Below are positions 44,821 to 55,900 of a DNA stretch of 64,000 nt, piece after piece. Made by a program: the position numbers and the translations under genes. Numbering within the stretch: position 1 is the stretch's first letter; every line of letters starts with the position of its first letter. Under the pieces are notes generated by a model that was not told the origin of the DNA, did no database searches, and saw only the letters and a list, made by a program, of their open reading frames with translations. Source of the stretch: Bacteroidales bacterium (GTDB lineage: Bacteria; Bacteroidota; Bacteroidia; Bacteroidales; F082); contig JAFXLL010000014.1 of assembly GCA_017531225.1 (NCBI GenBank), positions 45,390 through 109,389 of the forward strand. Direction: 5' to 3'.

Positions 44821-46173
44821 ATGAAACATTATTTTCTGTTATCGATTCTGTTTTGCATTGCCTTGGTAGGTTGCAGCAGCCAAGCCAAACGCTTGGAACA
44901 GGCCCAAACGCTCTATGAAAAAGGAACACTTCTGCGTGAACAACGTCTTTCAGAAGAAGCCGCCAAGTGTTTTCTGCAAGGACTTGCCGCATTGCAAGGC
45001 TGTGAAAACAACGACCAAACCCTGCTATTGAAAGGTCTGTTGAAAGACAATCTTGGTGCCATGTACAACAAGCACGAACTCTTTGAGGAAGCCCTCAACA
45101 TGCATAGCGAAGCCATCGCCTGTTTCCGCCAAATCAACGACTCTACCCACCTGATGACCGCCATGCGCAATTGCGGTCGTGTAGCTAACTCGCTGGAGCA
45201 GTTCACCCAAGCCAAACGCTATTACGACACGGCTTTCAACATAGCCACCTTAGTTCATGATCAGGCCATGGTGAATGACCTTTATTTGGAAATGGCCCGC
45301 GACTGCTATCTGCCCATGGGCAATTACGATAAGGCCATCGAATGCATTAATCAAGCTATGAAAGGCGGTTTGGAAGGCAACGATCTCGATATCGCCCACT
45401 TGACCTTGGGAGCGATTTATTACTACATCAATAATTACGCTTTGGCGAAACAACACCTCAACGCAGCCTTGCGAAGCGAAAGAGTAGGGGTGAAGATGTC
45501 GGTCTATCAAACACTTCACGCTATCGCCTACAACGAGGATGACTTGGAAAATGCCATTGATTATCAGGATCTTTTCACAGAGTATATGTTGAAGGTGCAA
45601 AAAGAGCATAGCAGCGAAAACATGCAACGACTTAAGGCGGAATATGAGTTGAAGACACAAAAAAGCGAGATGGAGAGCCAACATCGCAATAAAAGCCTGA
45701 AACTGTACCTGATCATCGCCATTTCAGTGATTGCGTTTTTAATTATCCTATTGATTATCAGAAAGAAAGTAAACGAAAACAAAATCAAGTCACTTGAAAA
45801 GGAATTGCGGATGCAAAACAAGGTGATGTTGAGCAACAAAGTATTTGTGACGGCCAAAAGCCTTGGTGAACAGGTCTCAGCAGCCACCATGAAATTCCAG
45901 TTGAGCGAAGAGGATTGGGACGACTTCGTCAGCCTTACCGACTTGGTGTACGATGGATTCTCGCAACGGTTGCGTTCACGCTATCCCAAACTTGGTCCAT
46001 GGGACGTGCGCATTTGCTGTCTTGCCAAGAACGGTTTCTCCAATGTGGTGATTTCCATTTTGTTGGACACCCAAACCGAATCGTATTACAAACGCAAGGT
46101 TCGAATCAAGCAACAGAAAATGGATCTTCCGAACGACAACCGTAGTCTGGAGGAGATCATCAACGAAATATAA
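44821..46173 (+). CDS. Transmembrane regulator: lipoprotein signal, TPR-like periplasmic domain, TM, coiled coil, LuxR/GerE-like C-terminal HTH
   Basis: 450 aa with lipobox ALVGCSS. TPR-like helical repeats. TM segment LYLIIAISVIAFLIILLII. The C-terminal WDVRICCLAKNGFSNVVISILLDTQTESYYKRKVRIKQ fits the LuxR-type HTH pattern. It is a paralog of 51508..52971. Confidence 0.7.
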   Translation: MKHYFLLSILFCIALVGCSSQAKRLEQAQTLYEKGTLLREQRLSEEAAKCFLQGLAALQGCENNDQTLLLKGLLKDNLGAMYNKHELFEEALNMHSEAIACFRQINDSTHLMTAMRNCGRVANSLEQFTQAKRYYDTAFNIATLVHDQAMVNDLYLEMARDCYLPMGNYDKAIECINQAMKGGLEGNDLDIAHLTLGAIYYYINNYALAKQHLNAALRSERVGVKMSVYQTLHAIAYNEDDLENAIDYQDLFTEYMLKVQKEHSSENMQRLKAEYELKTQKSEMESQHRNKSLKLYLIIAISVIAFLIILLIIRKKVNENKIKSLEKELRMQNKVMLSNKVFVTAKSLGEQVSAATMKFQLSEEDWDDFVSLTDLVYDGFSQRLRSRYPKLGPWDVRICCLAKNGFSNVVISILLDTQTESYYKRKVRIKQQKMDLPNDNRSLEEIINEI

Positions 46174-46200
46174 ATCATTAACAATCAAATTATTATTACA

Positions 46201-48504
46201 ATGAAAAAGTTATTGTTTACCATCATCATCCTTGCGTCCGCACTATGGGGCGGAGCACAAGTCCCTTGCTGGGACGGAACGGTTGCCGAAGCCTATGCTG
46301 GCGGCGACGGCACCTTGGAAAACCCTTATCAAATTGCCACTCCTGAGCAGTTGGCTTTGCTGGCGGAGCAAACCAACAACGGTACTGGTGGCAATGCCTA
46401 TTACCTTCTCACGGAAGATCTGTGTTTGAATGGATTGGAAGAGTATGAGTGGATACCCATCGGAGATCCTGAAAATCCGTTTACTGGAGTGTTTAACGGC
46501 AATGAGCATAGTATTAGTGACATGTATATGACTCAACAGACCTATTCGGGGCTGTTCGGATTTACTCAAGGGGCGACGATCAAGGATATTCGCATAGAAG
46601 AAGCGAATATACCCCATACAATGTATATGTATTCCTGTATTGGATTGGTTGTTGGCAAGGCGTTGAATACCAATGTTTTCAATTGTTCTGCCAGTGGTTT
46701 TGTGGGTGATTGCGATGAAGCTTGCGGTGGCATAGTGGGGCTGTTTGCAGCAGACGCTGCTGACGAGACGTTTATCATCAAGGATTGTGTCAACTACGCC
46801 GAAATCACAAGCCAAGCCATTCGTGGAGGTGGTGTCGTAGGCCAAACAACGATTACAAATGGTCAAGCACTTGTCGAAAACTGTGCGAATTATGGAAACC
46901 TGAATGTTTACGGGATCAATGGCGGTATCTTTGGAGAAGGTTCCATTCACATTAAAAATTGTTGCAATTACGGTGCAATCATTACTACTTATGATGGACC
47001 GACTGCAGCAGGAGGAATTGCGGGTCAAACGACAAATACATCGGTAATCGAGGATTGCATTAACCGTGAATCAGGCGAAATCAAAGCCAATTTGGCTGGT
47101 GGTATTGTTGGCAATGCCGGTGAAGCCATCATATCCAGATGTGGGAACAAGGCACCGATCAAAGGCAGGGGTAGGCAATATTCTGTTGGTGGGATGACAG
47201 CTCTGGTTGGGGGTATTACGTCAAGCGGAGGGCGCATCTCAAACTGTTACAATAGCGGTGAAGTTAGTATTGACATGAGTAATGAAGCCAAAGGTTACCA
47301 GATAGGCGGCATTTCTGGCAGTTTGAGTGAGCCTGGGTATATCCGCAATGTATATAATACTGGAGCAGTCATCAAACCTACTCCTAGTGCTATGGCGGGT
47401 ATTGTTTTACCCGCTCTTGTAGGAACAACAGAGGTCAATCATTGTTATTGGTATGGCGATTTCGTAGTTCCGCCCACATTTCAAAATAATGTTGCGCTTC
47501 CGACATCGGGTCCTTTTGGACCAGGCACTACCAGCACAAGCTGGACATTGGAGGAAGCCCAATACGGCACCACGGACCTTCTTGAAGCCTTGAACAGAGG
47601 CTCGATGGGCGAATGTCTTTGGGTGGAAGACGTGGACGGCATCAATGGAGGCCTGCCGATTCCAACCGCAGGTGAAGTCGTTTATCCATTGTACGGTAAC
47701 GAATGGTATTATGAAATCGTGAATAGCGACGGAAGCATCACCTATCAGCATCTGGAGTTTGCCGCCAACGATACTACCATCCACCACAAGGACGTGGTCA
47801 TCATCATCAAGACCAATACGCTTTACGACAAAGGGATTAAGTACCAAGAAGTTACGCACGAATACATCTATCAGGAAGGCAATGTGGTGTATTGGTACAA
47901 TAAGAGCGAAGACGACTTCACTGTGCTTTATGACTTTGGTGCCGTGGCTGGTGATGAATGGGAAATTAATGTTGGAGATGAAACCGTTTTGATGCACGTT
48001 GATAGCGTTGCCTTTGTTGACCATGATGGTGAAACCTATCGTAAGATGATGGTCGTCAGCGATCAGGACGGTGTGTTTAGTGGCGATATCCTTTGTGGGA
48101 TAGGCCACACCACCAGCTTCTTCCCTGAGAGCCTGTTGAACAAAAACTACCGTGTGGAAAGCATCCGCTGCTATTGGAACGATGAGGAGCTCATCCAACA
48201 ATGGAGCGACGCAGACTGCGACGAGGTATATGAACAATACCATACCGGCTTAAACGAATCCATCTATGATCAATTGTTGATAGTTTATCCCAATCCCACC
48301 GATGGCATGATCTACATCGTAGAGACGTGCCATGGCGCGTCTCTACAAGGACAAAACGAATACCGTATCACCAATATGATGGGTCAAACCCTAATGACTG
48401 GCAGAATTAATAGCGAAAACCAGCAAATCGATGTCCGTTCATTGCAGGAAGGCGTGTATTTTATTACGATTGGTGGAGTTTCAAGTCTGTTTGTGAAGCA
48501 ATAA
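46201..48504 (+). CDS. T9SS cargo protein with GLUG-motif beta-helix-like region, conserved pre-CTD domain and T9SS C-terminal sorting domain
   Basis: 767 aa with a signal peptide. N-terminal block: CWDGTVAEAYAGGDGTLENPYQIATPEQLALLAEQTNNG. Repeated GG(I/V)xG motifs. CTD: VYPNPTDGMIYIV...GVYFITIGGVSSLFVKQ. Confidence 0.8.
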   Translation: MKKLLFTIIILASALWGGAQVPCWDGTVAEAYAGGDGTLENPYQIATPEQLALLAEQTNNGTGGNAYYLLTEDLCLNGLEEYEWIPIGDPENPFTGVFNGNEHSISDMYMTQQTYSGLFGFTQGATIKDIRIEEANIPHTMYMYSCIGLVVGKALNTNVFNCSASGFVGDCDEACGGIVGLFAADAADETFIIKDCVNYAEITSQAIRGGGVVGQTTITNGQALVENCANYGNLNVYGINGGIFGEGSIHIKNCCNYGAIITTYDGPTAAGGIAGQTTNTSVIEDCINRESGEIKANLAGGIVGNAGEAIISRCGNKAPIKGRGRQYSVGGMTALVGGITSSGGRISNCYNSGEVSIDMSNEAKGYQIGGISGSLSEPGYIRNVYNTGAVIKPTPSAMAGIVLPALVGTTEVNHCYWYGDFVVPPTFQNNVALPTSGPFGPGTTSTSWTLEEAQYGTTDLLEALNRGSMGECLWVEDVDGINGGLPIPTAGEVVYPLYGNEWYYEIVNSDGSITYQHLEFAANDTTIHHKDVVIIIKTNTLYDKGIKYQEVTHEYIYQEGNVVYWYNKSEDDFTVLYDFGAVAGDEWEINVGDETVLMHVDSVAFVDHDGETYRKMMVVSDQDGVFSGDILCGIGHTTSFFPESLLNKNYRVESIRCYWNDEELIQQWSDADCDEVYEQYHTGLNESIYDQLLIVYPNPTDGMIYIVETCHGASLQGQNEYRITNMMGQTLMTGRINSENQQIDVRSLQEGVYFITIGGVSSLFVKQ

Positions 48505-48508
48505 AAAT

Positions 48509-48568
48509 AAGGACAAAAAATCTTGTTGAGAATCAATATTTCGTTGGTTCTCAACAAGAAACGTCCTT
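48509..48568 (+). terminator. Long perfect hairpin downstream of the 767-aa gene (terminator or operon boundary element)
   Basis: TCTTGTTGAGAA (48521-32) pairs with TTCTCAACAAGA (48548-59). Outer AAGGAC pairs with GTCCTT. No clear T-tract follows. Confidence 0.5.
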
Positions 48569-48618
48569 GACATTTCGATAAAAACAAGGACAATTTTCGG
48601 TTGTTCGACCGAACCCCC

Positions 48619-48647
48619 TTGACAAACGGATTTTCTGTCTAATTTTG
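48619..48647 (+). promoter_or_regulatory. Promoter cassette TTGACA-N15-TAATTTTG (copy 2)
   Basis: CCCTTGACAAacggattttctgtCTAATTTTGC, ending 17 nt before the ATG at 48665. Confidence 0.55.
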
Positions 48648-48664
48648 CATAAAACGATTAGACA

Positions 48665-51523
48665 ATGAAAATCTCTATGAAAAAGTTAGTATCAATCACC
48701 CTTCTTTGTATCGGCTTCATTACCAACCTAACGGCACATAGTTATTGGAAACAAATCGGAACGCAAGGCCCCAGCATCGTTCGCTTGCAGGATGAAAGCC
48801 AAACAAAGGAAATCGTGTTGGGTTACGAAACGCGTTTCTTTGACGAAGGCAGCGGCTTGTTTTACATCGTCACAGGCGCCAACACCGTTGAGGTGTCACG
48901 TATAAAAACAGAAAACCTCGAACCGTATTCTTATGAAGGCGATATCATCATCCCTGAAACTGTTGATTTTGAAGGCAGAACATATACGATTACTGGAATA
49001 GGTGAACGAGCATTTAACGCTTGTCAACTGTTGACTTCGGTGGTTGTTCCATCTACGGTGACTTACATTGATTACCGGGCATTCTACTATTGTCCTTCTT
49101 TGCAGTCCGTGGTTTTATCGGATAATATTGCCGAAATGGGTAGCGAAGTATTTCGGTACTGCGAGCAACTGACTTCGGTAAACATTCCACAAGCCATGAC
49201 TTATTTGCCTGATTATCTGTTTGGCGAGTGTTCGTCGCTGTCAGCAATGGAAATCCCCGAGACGATAACTCATATTGGAGATTATGCTTTTGCAAATACG
49301 GCTTTGACTTCAGCAGTGATTCCGAATTCAGTCAAAACAATTGGAAATGGAGCGTTCAGTAATTGTAAGGATTTGGAAATGGTTCAGCTCCCCGATTCTC
49401 TGGAATGCATCAACGGTTATTTGTTTAATGGTTGCGAGAAGCTACGCTCCGTCAACATTCCAACTACCGTGAGGACCATCGAAGCCTGTGCTTTTACAAA
49501 TTGTATCATCGAGGGAGATTTGACACTCCATGACGGATTGGTTAAAATTGGAGGAAGTGCATTTGAAAGTTGTCATCATATTACAAAAGCGACCATTCCC
49601 AACACGGTGACTTCGATAGAAAGATGTGCCTTTATGGATTGTAGCAATTTGATTTCCGTGGCGTTGCCAGACAGACTTGATACCATTGCCTTAGCTTTGT
49701 TCAGCTCTTGTCACAGTCTTTCCTCCATATCGATTCCGGAAAGCGTCGTTTCCATTGGCGAGGACGCTTTCTATCGGTGCGACAGTTTAAAACAAGTATC
49801 CGTTTCTCGCCATGTGAGCGACATCGGCAATGCAGCCTTTGCTGAGTGCTGCAGCTTGAAATCCATCGACGTGGACCATGACAACGCTTATTACAAGTCG
49901 GTGAACGGGGTGTTGTTCAATGCTTCAAAGACCCTGCTAATGCAATATCCCGCTGGCAAGGAGGATGAATCGTATCAAGTGCCTGGCTCGGTGACTGTTT
50001 TGGATAGAAGTTCTTTTGCCGGTGCAGCGCACCTGCAACATGTGGATGTCCCCAACTCGGTATCAGTAATCGGACAACATGCTTTTTATCGATGCAGCGG
50101 GTTACGTTCTTTTGTCGTCCCCAATAATGTAACAGCAATACACCCGTGGACTTTTGCTGAGTGCCTTGAATTGCAAACAGTTACGATGGGATCGTCTGTA
50201 GAAATCATTGACGAGGATGCATTTTATCGCTGTCAGCAACTTTCATTGGTTGTGTTGGGTAGTTCCGTTCGGTCAATAGGACAAGGCGCTTTTAGCACCT
50301 ATTCTGCGCTCAATCCTGAGGAACCGGCAAAGCTTACCTTGGTGTGTTGCCGAACGACGCCCGTGTCATACTACGAGTACGCCACTCCCTATCAAGAAGC
50401 ATTGATTGTGCCTTGTGGATTAGAATCGGACTATGCCGCTGTGTGGCCCTATTGGAATGGTGATATCATAGGCGACTGCAATTCCTACCAAATCGATGTT
50501 GCAGGCAACATAGCTGGAAATCAAATCAACTTATCCACCACTTCGGCCAAGTTGGGCGACGAAGTCCAATATTCAGTCGCTCTTGAATCGGGTTATATGC
50601 TGGAATCCATAGAAGTGTTTAAATATGATAATGAAACGATTAAGATTCCAGTAAAAGATAACAAATTCGTGATGCCCAACTTCGATGTAGTGGTGAAAGC
50701 GCATTTCTTGCCGCTTTCGTTGGAAGACCCCGGTGCGGAATGGTATTACGAAATCCTGAACGAAAATGGCAGTGTCACCTATCAATATTTGATGCAGGCA
50801 GGCGACACCCTTGTGAACGGCGAAGAGCCTTATATCATCATCCGTATCAACACGCTTTACGACAAGGATGAGCATATCGAGAAAACCCATGAATACATCT
50901 TTGAAAGAAACAATGTAGTTTACTGGTGGAACAAGACCCTAGGTGAATTCACCGTGCTTTACGATTTCGGTGCTAAAGCCGGCGACGAATGGGAAATCAA
51001 GGTAGGCACAACAAGCCTCGTGATGCACGTAGATGCCGTGGAGCAGTATGAATACGAGGACCATGTCTTCAAAATGCTGCACGTGAGCGATGCATCCGAT
51101 TTATTCAGTGGCACCATCGTCAGTGGCATTGGCCATCTTACGAGTTTCTTCCCTGAACGGCTGATGAATAGCAGTAAGGATTACCGCATAGAAGGCATCC
51201 GCTGCTTCTGGAAAGACGAACAGCTGTTGTTCAAATACGGTGATAAGGATTGCGACGAGGTGTACGAGGAATACCATTATGACATTGACGAACCCACTAC
51301 AACACATGGATTCCTGATTTATCCCAACCCCACTGACGGCATGATTACCGTTTCGGGACACCAATCTGTGACATACCGCATCACCAATGTCAAGGGTCAA
51401 ACCGTGATGTCGGGGACCATTGTCGGCACAACCCTTAATTTGTCGGCGTTACCCGCCGGAATGTATTTTATCACCATCGGTAATAAGACCCAAAAACTCA
51501 TTGTCACATGTCTCGCCCGCTAA
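48665..51523 (+). CDS. BspA-type leucine-rich-repeat surface protein with conserved pre-CTD domain and T9SS C-terminal sorting domain
   Basis: 952 aa. There are many ~23-aa repeats of the form IP.(S/T)VT.IG..AF..C..L.S(V/I). CTD: IYPNPTDGMITVSG...GMYFITIGNKTQKLIV. The start could also be the ATG at 48677. Confidence 0.85.
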   Translation: MKISMKKLVSITLLCIGFITNLTAHSYWKQIGTQGPSIVRLQDESQTKEIVLGYETRFFDEGSGLFYIVTGANTVEVSRIKTENLEPYSYEGDIIIPETVDFEGRTYTITGIGERAFNACQLLTSVVVPSTVTYIDYRAFYYCPSLQSVVLSDNIAEMGSEVFRYCEQLTSVNIPQAMTYLPDYLFGECSSLSAMEIPETITHIGDYAFANTALTSAVIPNSVKTIGNGAFSNCKDLEMVQLPDSLECINGYLFNGCEKLRSVNIPTTVRTIEACAFTNCIIEGDLTLHDGLVKIGGSAFESCHHITKATIPNTVTSIERCAFMDCSNLISVALPDRLDTIALALFSSCHSLSSISIPESVVSIGEDAFYRCDSLKQVSVSRHVSDIGNAAFAECCSLKSIDVDHDNAYYKSVNGVLFNASKTLLMQYPAGKEDESYQVPGSVTVLDRSSFAGAAHLQHVDVPNSVSVIGQHAFYRCSGLRSFVVPNNVTAIHPWTFAECLELQTVTMGSSVEIIDEDAFYRCQQLSLVVLGSSVRSIGQGAFSTYSALNPEEPAKLTLVCCRTTPVSYYEYATPYQEALIVPCGLESDYAAVWPYWNGDIIGDCNSYQIDVAGNIAGNQINLSTTSAKLGDEVQYSVALESGYMLESIEVFKYDNETIKIPVKDNKFVMPNFDVVVKAHFLPLSLEDPGAEWYYEILNENGSVTYQYLMQAGDTLVNGEEPYIIIRINTLYDKDEHIEKTHEYIFERNNVVYWWNKTLGEFTVLYDFGAKAGDEWEIKVGTTSLVMHVDAVEQYEYEDHVFKMLHVSDASDLFSGTIVSGIGHLTSFFPERLMNSSKDYRIEGIRCFWKDEQLLFKYGDKDCDEVYEEYHYDIDEPTTTHGFLIYPNPTDGMITVSGHQSVTYRITNVKGQTVMSGTIVGTTLNLSALPAGMYFITIGNKTQKLIVTCLAR

Positions 51524-52971
51524 TACTAATATTGTGTTGCCTCGTATGGGCCTCGTGCAACACCCAGACCAAACGAGAGGATGAGGCCAAGACCCTCTTT
51601 ATGGAAGGCGTGCGTCTGCGTGAGCAACGCCTTTCAGAGGAAGCCGCCGAGTGCTTCCTAAAAGGATTGGAACAATTACGTGGTTGTGAAAAGACCGAAA
51701 AGGTTCTTCTGTTGGAAGGCCAGCTTTGCGACAACCTCGGCGCCATGTACCTCAAACACGGACTTTTTGAGGATGCCTTTGTCCAGCATCAGCAAGCGTT
51801 GATTTGCTTTCGCCAAATTGCCGACTCCATGGGCATGATGAACGCCTACCGCAACAGTGGCCGCGCAGTGTGCGCCCAAGAACAATACACCCAAGGCAAA
51901 CAATACTACGATTCGGCTTTCCTCATCGCCTCAATGATGAATGATCAAGCCATGTTGAGCGACCTTTACATGGAAATGGGTCGCGACTATTATTTGCATA
52001 CAGGCAACTTGGCCAAGGGCATCGAAAATGTCAACATGGCTCTAGAGGGAGGTCTCAACGACAACGACACCGACATCGCCCACATGACATTGGGCATCCT
52101 CTTTTATTATACGAAAGACATCGAACAAGCCAAATCCCACTTGAACGAAGCCTTGCGCAGCGACCGTCCAGGCCTGAAAATGTCGGTCTATCAAACGCTT
52201 TTCGCCATTGCCTGTGTCGAAAAAGACTACCGACAAGCCATCCAATACCATAAACTATACGCAGCCAATTTGTTGGAAACAGAAACAGAGCATTCCAGCG
52301 AAGCCATGCAACGCATCAAGGCGGAATATGAGCTGAAGGCACAAAAAAACGAACTGGAAAGTATACACCGCAACCAAGCGTTGAGGCTTTATCTGATCAT
52401 TTCCTTGGTGGTTATTGCTTTGCTTGTTATCATCCTGATTGTGAGAAAGAAAATCAGCGACCACAGGTTGGAGATGGAGCAATTTGGGAGACAAGTGGAG
52501 CGTGACCAAAACCGCATCCACGAGTTGGTGAGCGATATGGAGACCTTGATCCGCACCAATGACGAGTTACGACGCAACCAGCAGACCCTCTCGCAGAAAG
52601 AGTTGATGATGACGCAAAAGATCATGGCCCGCAACAAGGTGATGGCAACGGCTCAGGCGCTCAGTGAGCAGATCAGTCCGGACACCCTTAATTTTGAGCT
52701 TAGTGACAACGATTGGACCGATTTTGTCAATCTCACCGACTTGATCTTCGATGGTTTCTCGCAACGGCTGCTCCAGCTTTATCCCAAGCTTGGCAAGTGG
52801 GATGTTCGCATCTGTTGCCTCTCCAAAAACGGCTTCTCCAATCAGGTGATTTCAATCTTATTAGATACCCAAACCGATTCTTACTACAAACGTAAAACCC
52901 GAATCAAGCAAATGAAAATGAACCTCGGCGACGATAACCGAAGCTTCGAGGAAATTGTTAACGCTGTGTGA
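51508..52971 (+). CDS. Transmembrane TPR / LuxR-like HTH regulator (paralog of 44821..46173)
   Basis: 487 aa with lipobox VWASC. It is collinear with its paralog, including LREQRLSEEAA.CFL.GL, the TM segment, and YPKLG.WDVRICCL.KNGFSN.VISILLDTQT.SYYKRK.RIKQ. The start overlaps the LRR gene by 16 nt. Confidence 0.7.
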   Translation: MSRPLILILCCLVWASCNTQTKREDEAKTLFMEGVRLREQRLSEEAAECFLKGLEQLRGCEKTEKVLLLEGQLCDNLGAMYLKHGLFEDAFVQHQQALICFRQIADSMGMMNAYRNSGRAVCAQEQYTQGKQYYDSAFLIASMMNDQAMLSDLYMEMGRDYYLHTGNLAKGIENVNMALEGGLNDNDTDIAHMTLGILFYYTKDIEQAKSHLNEALRSDRPGLKMSVYQTLFAIACVEKDYRQAIQYHKLYAANLLETETEHSSEAMQRIKAEYELKAQKNELESIHRNQALRLYLIISLVVIALLVIILIVRKKISDHRLEMEQFGRQVERDQNRIHELVSDMETLIRTNDELRRNQQTLSQKELMMTQKIMARNKVMATAQALSEQISPDTLNFELSDNDWTDFVNLTDLIFDGFSQRLLQLYPKLGKWDVRICCLSKNGFSNQVISILLDTQTDSYYKRKTRIKQMKMNLGDDNRSFEEIVNAV

Positions 52972-52990
52972 ATAATTAAAAATCAACGAT

Positions 52991-55900
52991 ATGAAAAAAC
53001 TCTTATTTACTACATTTTTCTTGATGGCTTTCACTCTCAGTGGCATGACCCAAAGTTTCGCTCCCCAAGGCGCGGAATGGTATTTCCAGGTTGAATACAA
53101 CAGTGTTCCGATCACTCAGCCATCGTTCGGTTACCTTGCGTATGCTGTGACTGGTGAAGCTGAAATTCAAGGGCACGTTTGTAGCGTTATTAATAATCAG
53201 TATTACGTTTATGAGGAGAATAACGTTGTTTACTGGTACAATCAGCTAAATGACGCGTTCACCGTATTGTATGATTTCAACGCTGAAACAGGCGACACCT
53301 GGTATTGCGACGTCGCTGAATGTACCTGTCTTGTCACTGTGACAGGTGTTGGTAGTGTTATCTGGAACGGCCATACTTATCGCACCCAATATGTGGAAGC
53401 TTGGGGCGACGGGAGTATGCCTTTCTTTGATGGCAGAATTTTTGAAGGTATAGGATATGAAAAAGGCCTTTTCCCTGACGAAATGGCTTGTTATGACTGT
53501 GTTGACTGCGATTACATCAGCTATATGAGATGCTATCTCGAAGACGGAGAGATGCTTTACCATGAAGGCGATTACGATTGTGATTATATCCCTGGAGTTA
53601 CAGGTAATTGTTGGGACGGCACTATTGCTGATTCATACGCTGGTGGCAACGGAACCGAAGAAAATCCATACCGGATTTCCAACGGCAAACAGTTGGCATT
53701 GCTCGCTTACGAAACAAACAACGGCACGAGTGGCGATGCCTATTATAAGCTTACAGCCAACATCAACCTTGAAAAATGCAGTGGAGGTTATAACGTTTGG
53801 ACTTCCATTGGAACCCCGGAGCATCCTTTTACCGGCCATTTCGATGGGAATGAAAACTATGTATTGAATTTATACCAATGTCAAAACACAGCTTATAAGG
53901 GTTTGTTTGGTTATACGGATGGTGCTAAAATCAGTAATGTAGAGATGGCTTTATGTGAAATTGGGTTTGAATCGGAATATGCAGGTGCGTTGGTTGGATA
54001 CGCTAATCAAACCGACATTTGTAATTGCCATGTTGGCGATCAAAGCCATGTTTATTCCAAGTATGGAATTGTGGGCGGAATTGTGGGTTCGTTGGTCAAT
54101 GGAATCATCCATATCAGTTCCAATCATGCACAAGTGCAGACAAAAATCCAATCCGATGAAAACGCTTCCGTTGCCGCAGGTGGAATTGTTGGTAATTTGA
54201 TGAATGGAGTTATCTCAGATTCTTATAATCTAGGCAGTGTTACTGGTTTATTAGAGGAAACAGGAAAATCGGTTTTGAATATTGGTGGCATTGTAGGTGC
54301 TTCCACAGGAAGTGTCCACAATGTTTATAACGCAGCTTCTGTCAGTAGTGCATCCGACCAGAACTGCGGTGAAATTGTCGGCTACGACACGGAATCAAGC
54401 CATTTCTTGAATTGCTATTGGAAGCAAAACAACAGCGGTCTACCAGCTTGTGGAAATCCTGATTTACCAACATTACCATGCTCGACATCATTTATTAAAG
54501 ACACTTCAACATTAAATTGGGGTATTCTCAATGAGCCTCAGTACGGTACTTCTGTTTTGATTGATGCGTTGAATATGGGCTCATCAAACGATTGTATCTG
54601 GCGTATGGAATACCATTATCCACAACCAACCTATCAAGCACCAATAGGTTTCGCACCACAAGGAGCAGAGTGGTACTTTAATAGAAGTTCATTCATGGGT
54701 AGCCCTATTTCTTATTATCACATGGAAGTCCTGGGCGACACCGTCATCCAAGGGCACCATTGCAGCATCATCACACCGCAGTTTTTGGGCGGTAACGGCA
54801 ACGAGCAGTTTGTTTATGAGCAAGATCGCAAGGTTTATTGGTTTAACCAGACACTGCAAGCGTTCACTACGCTTTATGACTTCAACGCCGAAGCGGGCGA
54901 CTCATGGATTTGCGAGATTGATTCTTGTGCTTATCAGGTCACAGTCACGGAAATCACCAATTTCACTTGGGAGGATACCGATTTTAGGGTCCAACGGGTC
55001 ACCTACGATGGAGAATTGGGTTATTATGGCGGAGGTACCATCATCGATGGCATTGGTGAAATCAGCGGCTTGTTCCCATATCCTTATGCTTGTAGCTATT
55101 CCATTTATGATGGTCCCTATCCCGATTACCTGCGCTGCTATTTGGTTAACGGAGAAATGCTTTACCATTCAGGTGTTTATGATTGTGAGGAGATGGGATA
55201 TTGCTGGGATGGCACCGTGGCCGAAACATACGCTGGTGGCGACGGAACTGAAGATAATCCATATCAGATTGCGACATCAGAGCAATTGGCTTTGCTTGCC
55301 CAGCAAACCAACGACGGTACTGGTGGCGATGCTTATTATGTGCTTACCCAAAACGTGAGCCTGAAAAATTGTTCAGGAGGAAACATCCAGTGGATCCCCA
55401 TCGGCAATCATATCCATGATAAGAACGATAATATCCACTATTTTACAGGGCATTTCGATGGTGTCGGACATACTATTTATGGCTTGTATCAGAATATTGA
55501 CAATGGATTGGATTATTTTGGAGGTCTTTTCGGTTGTACCGACGGTGCAGAGATCAAGAATATTCGCATGCATCAATGCTCTATCAATGGAATCGGCGGA
55601 AATATCGGTAGCGTGGTCGGATTTGCAAGCCGCACCGACGTGTTGAACTGCACCGCATACGACAGTTATATCAGGACAACAGGAAGCTATACCTATGCAG
55701 GTGGCATCGTGGGGTATGCAGGCACGCCGATCGGGGTATCCCAAATCGACGAACCTGTTTTTCGAATTTCAAATTGTAAAATTGAAACTGTGATTGTTGA
55801 AAGCTCATTATATGCCGGCGGCATCGTTGGATGTGTCAATGACGAATCGGATAATGCGCAATATCATATTTCGAACTGCAGCTCCGACAATTCGCAGTAT

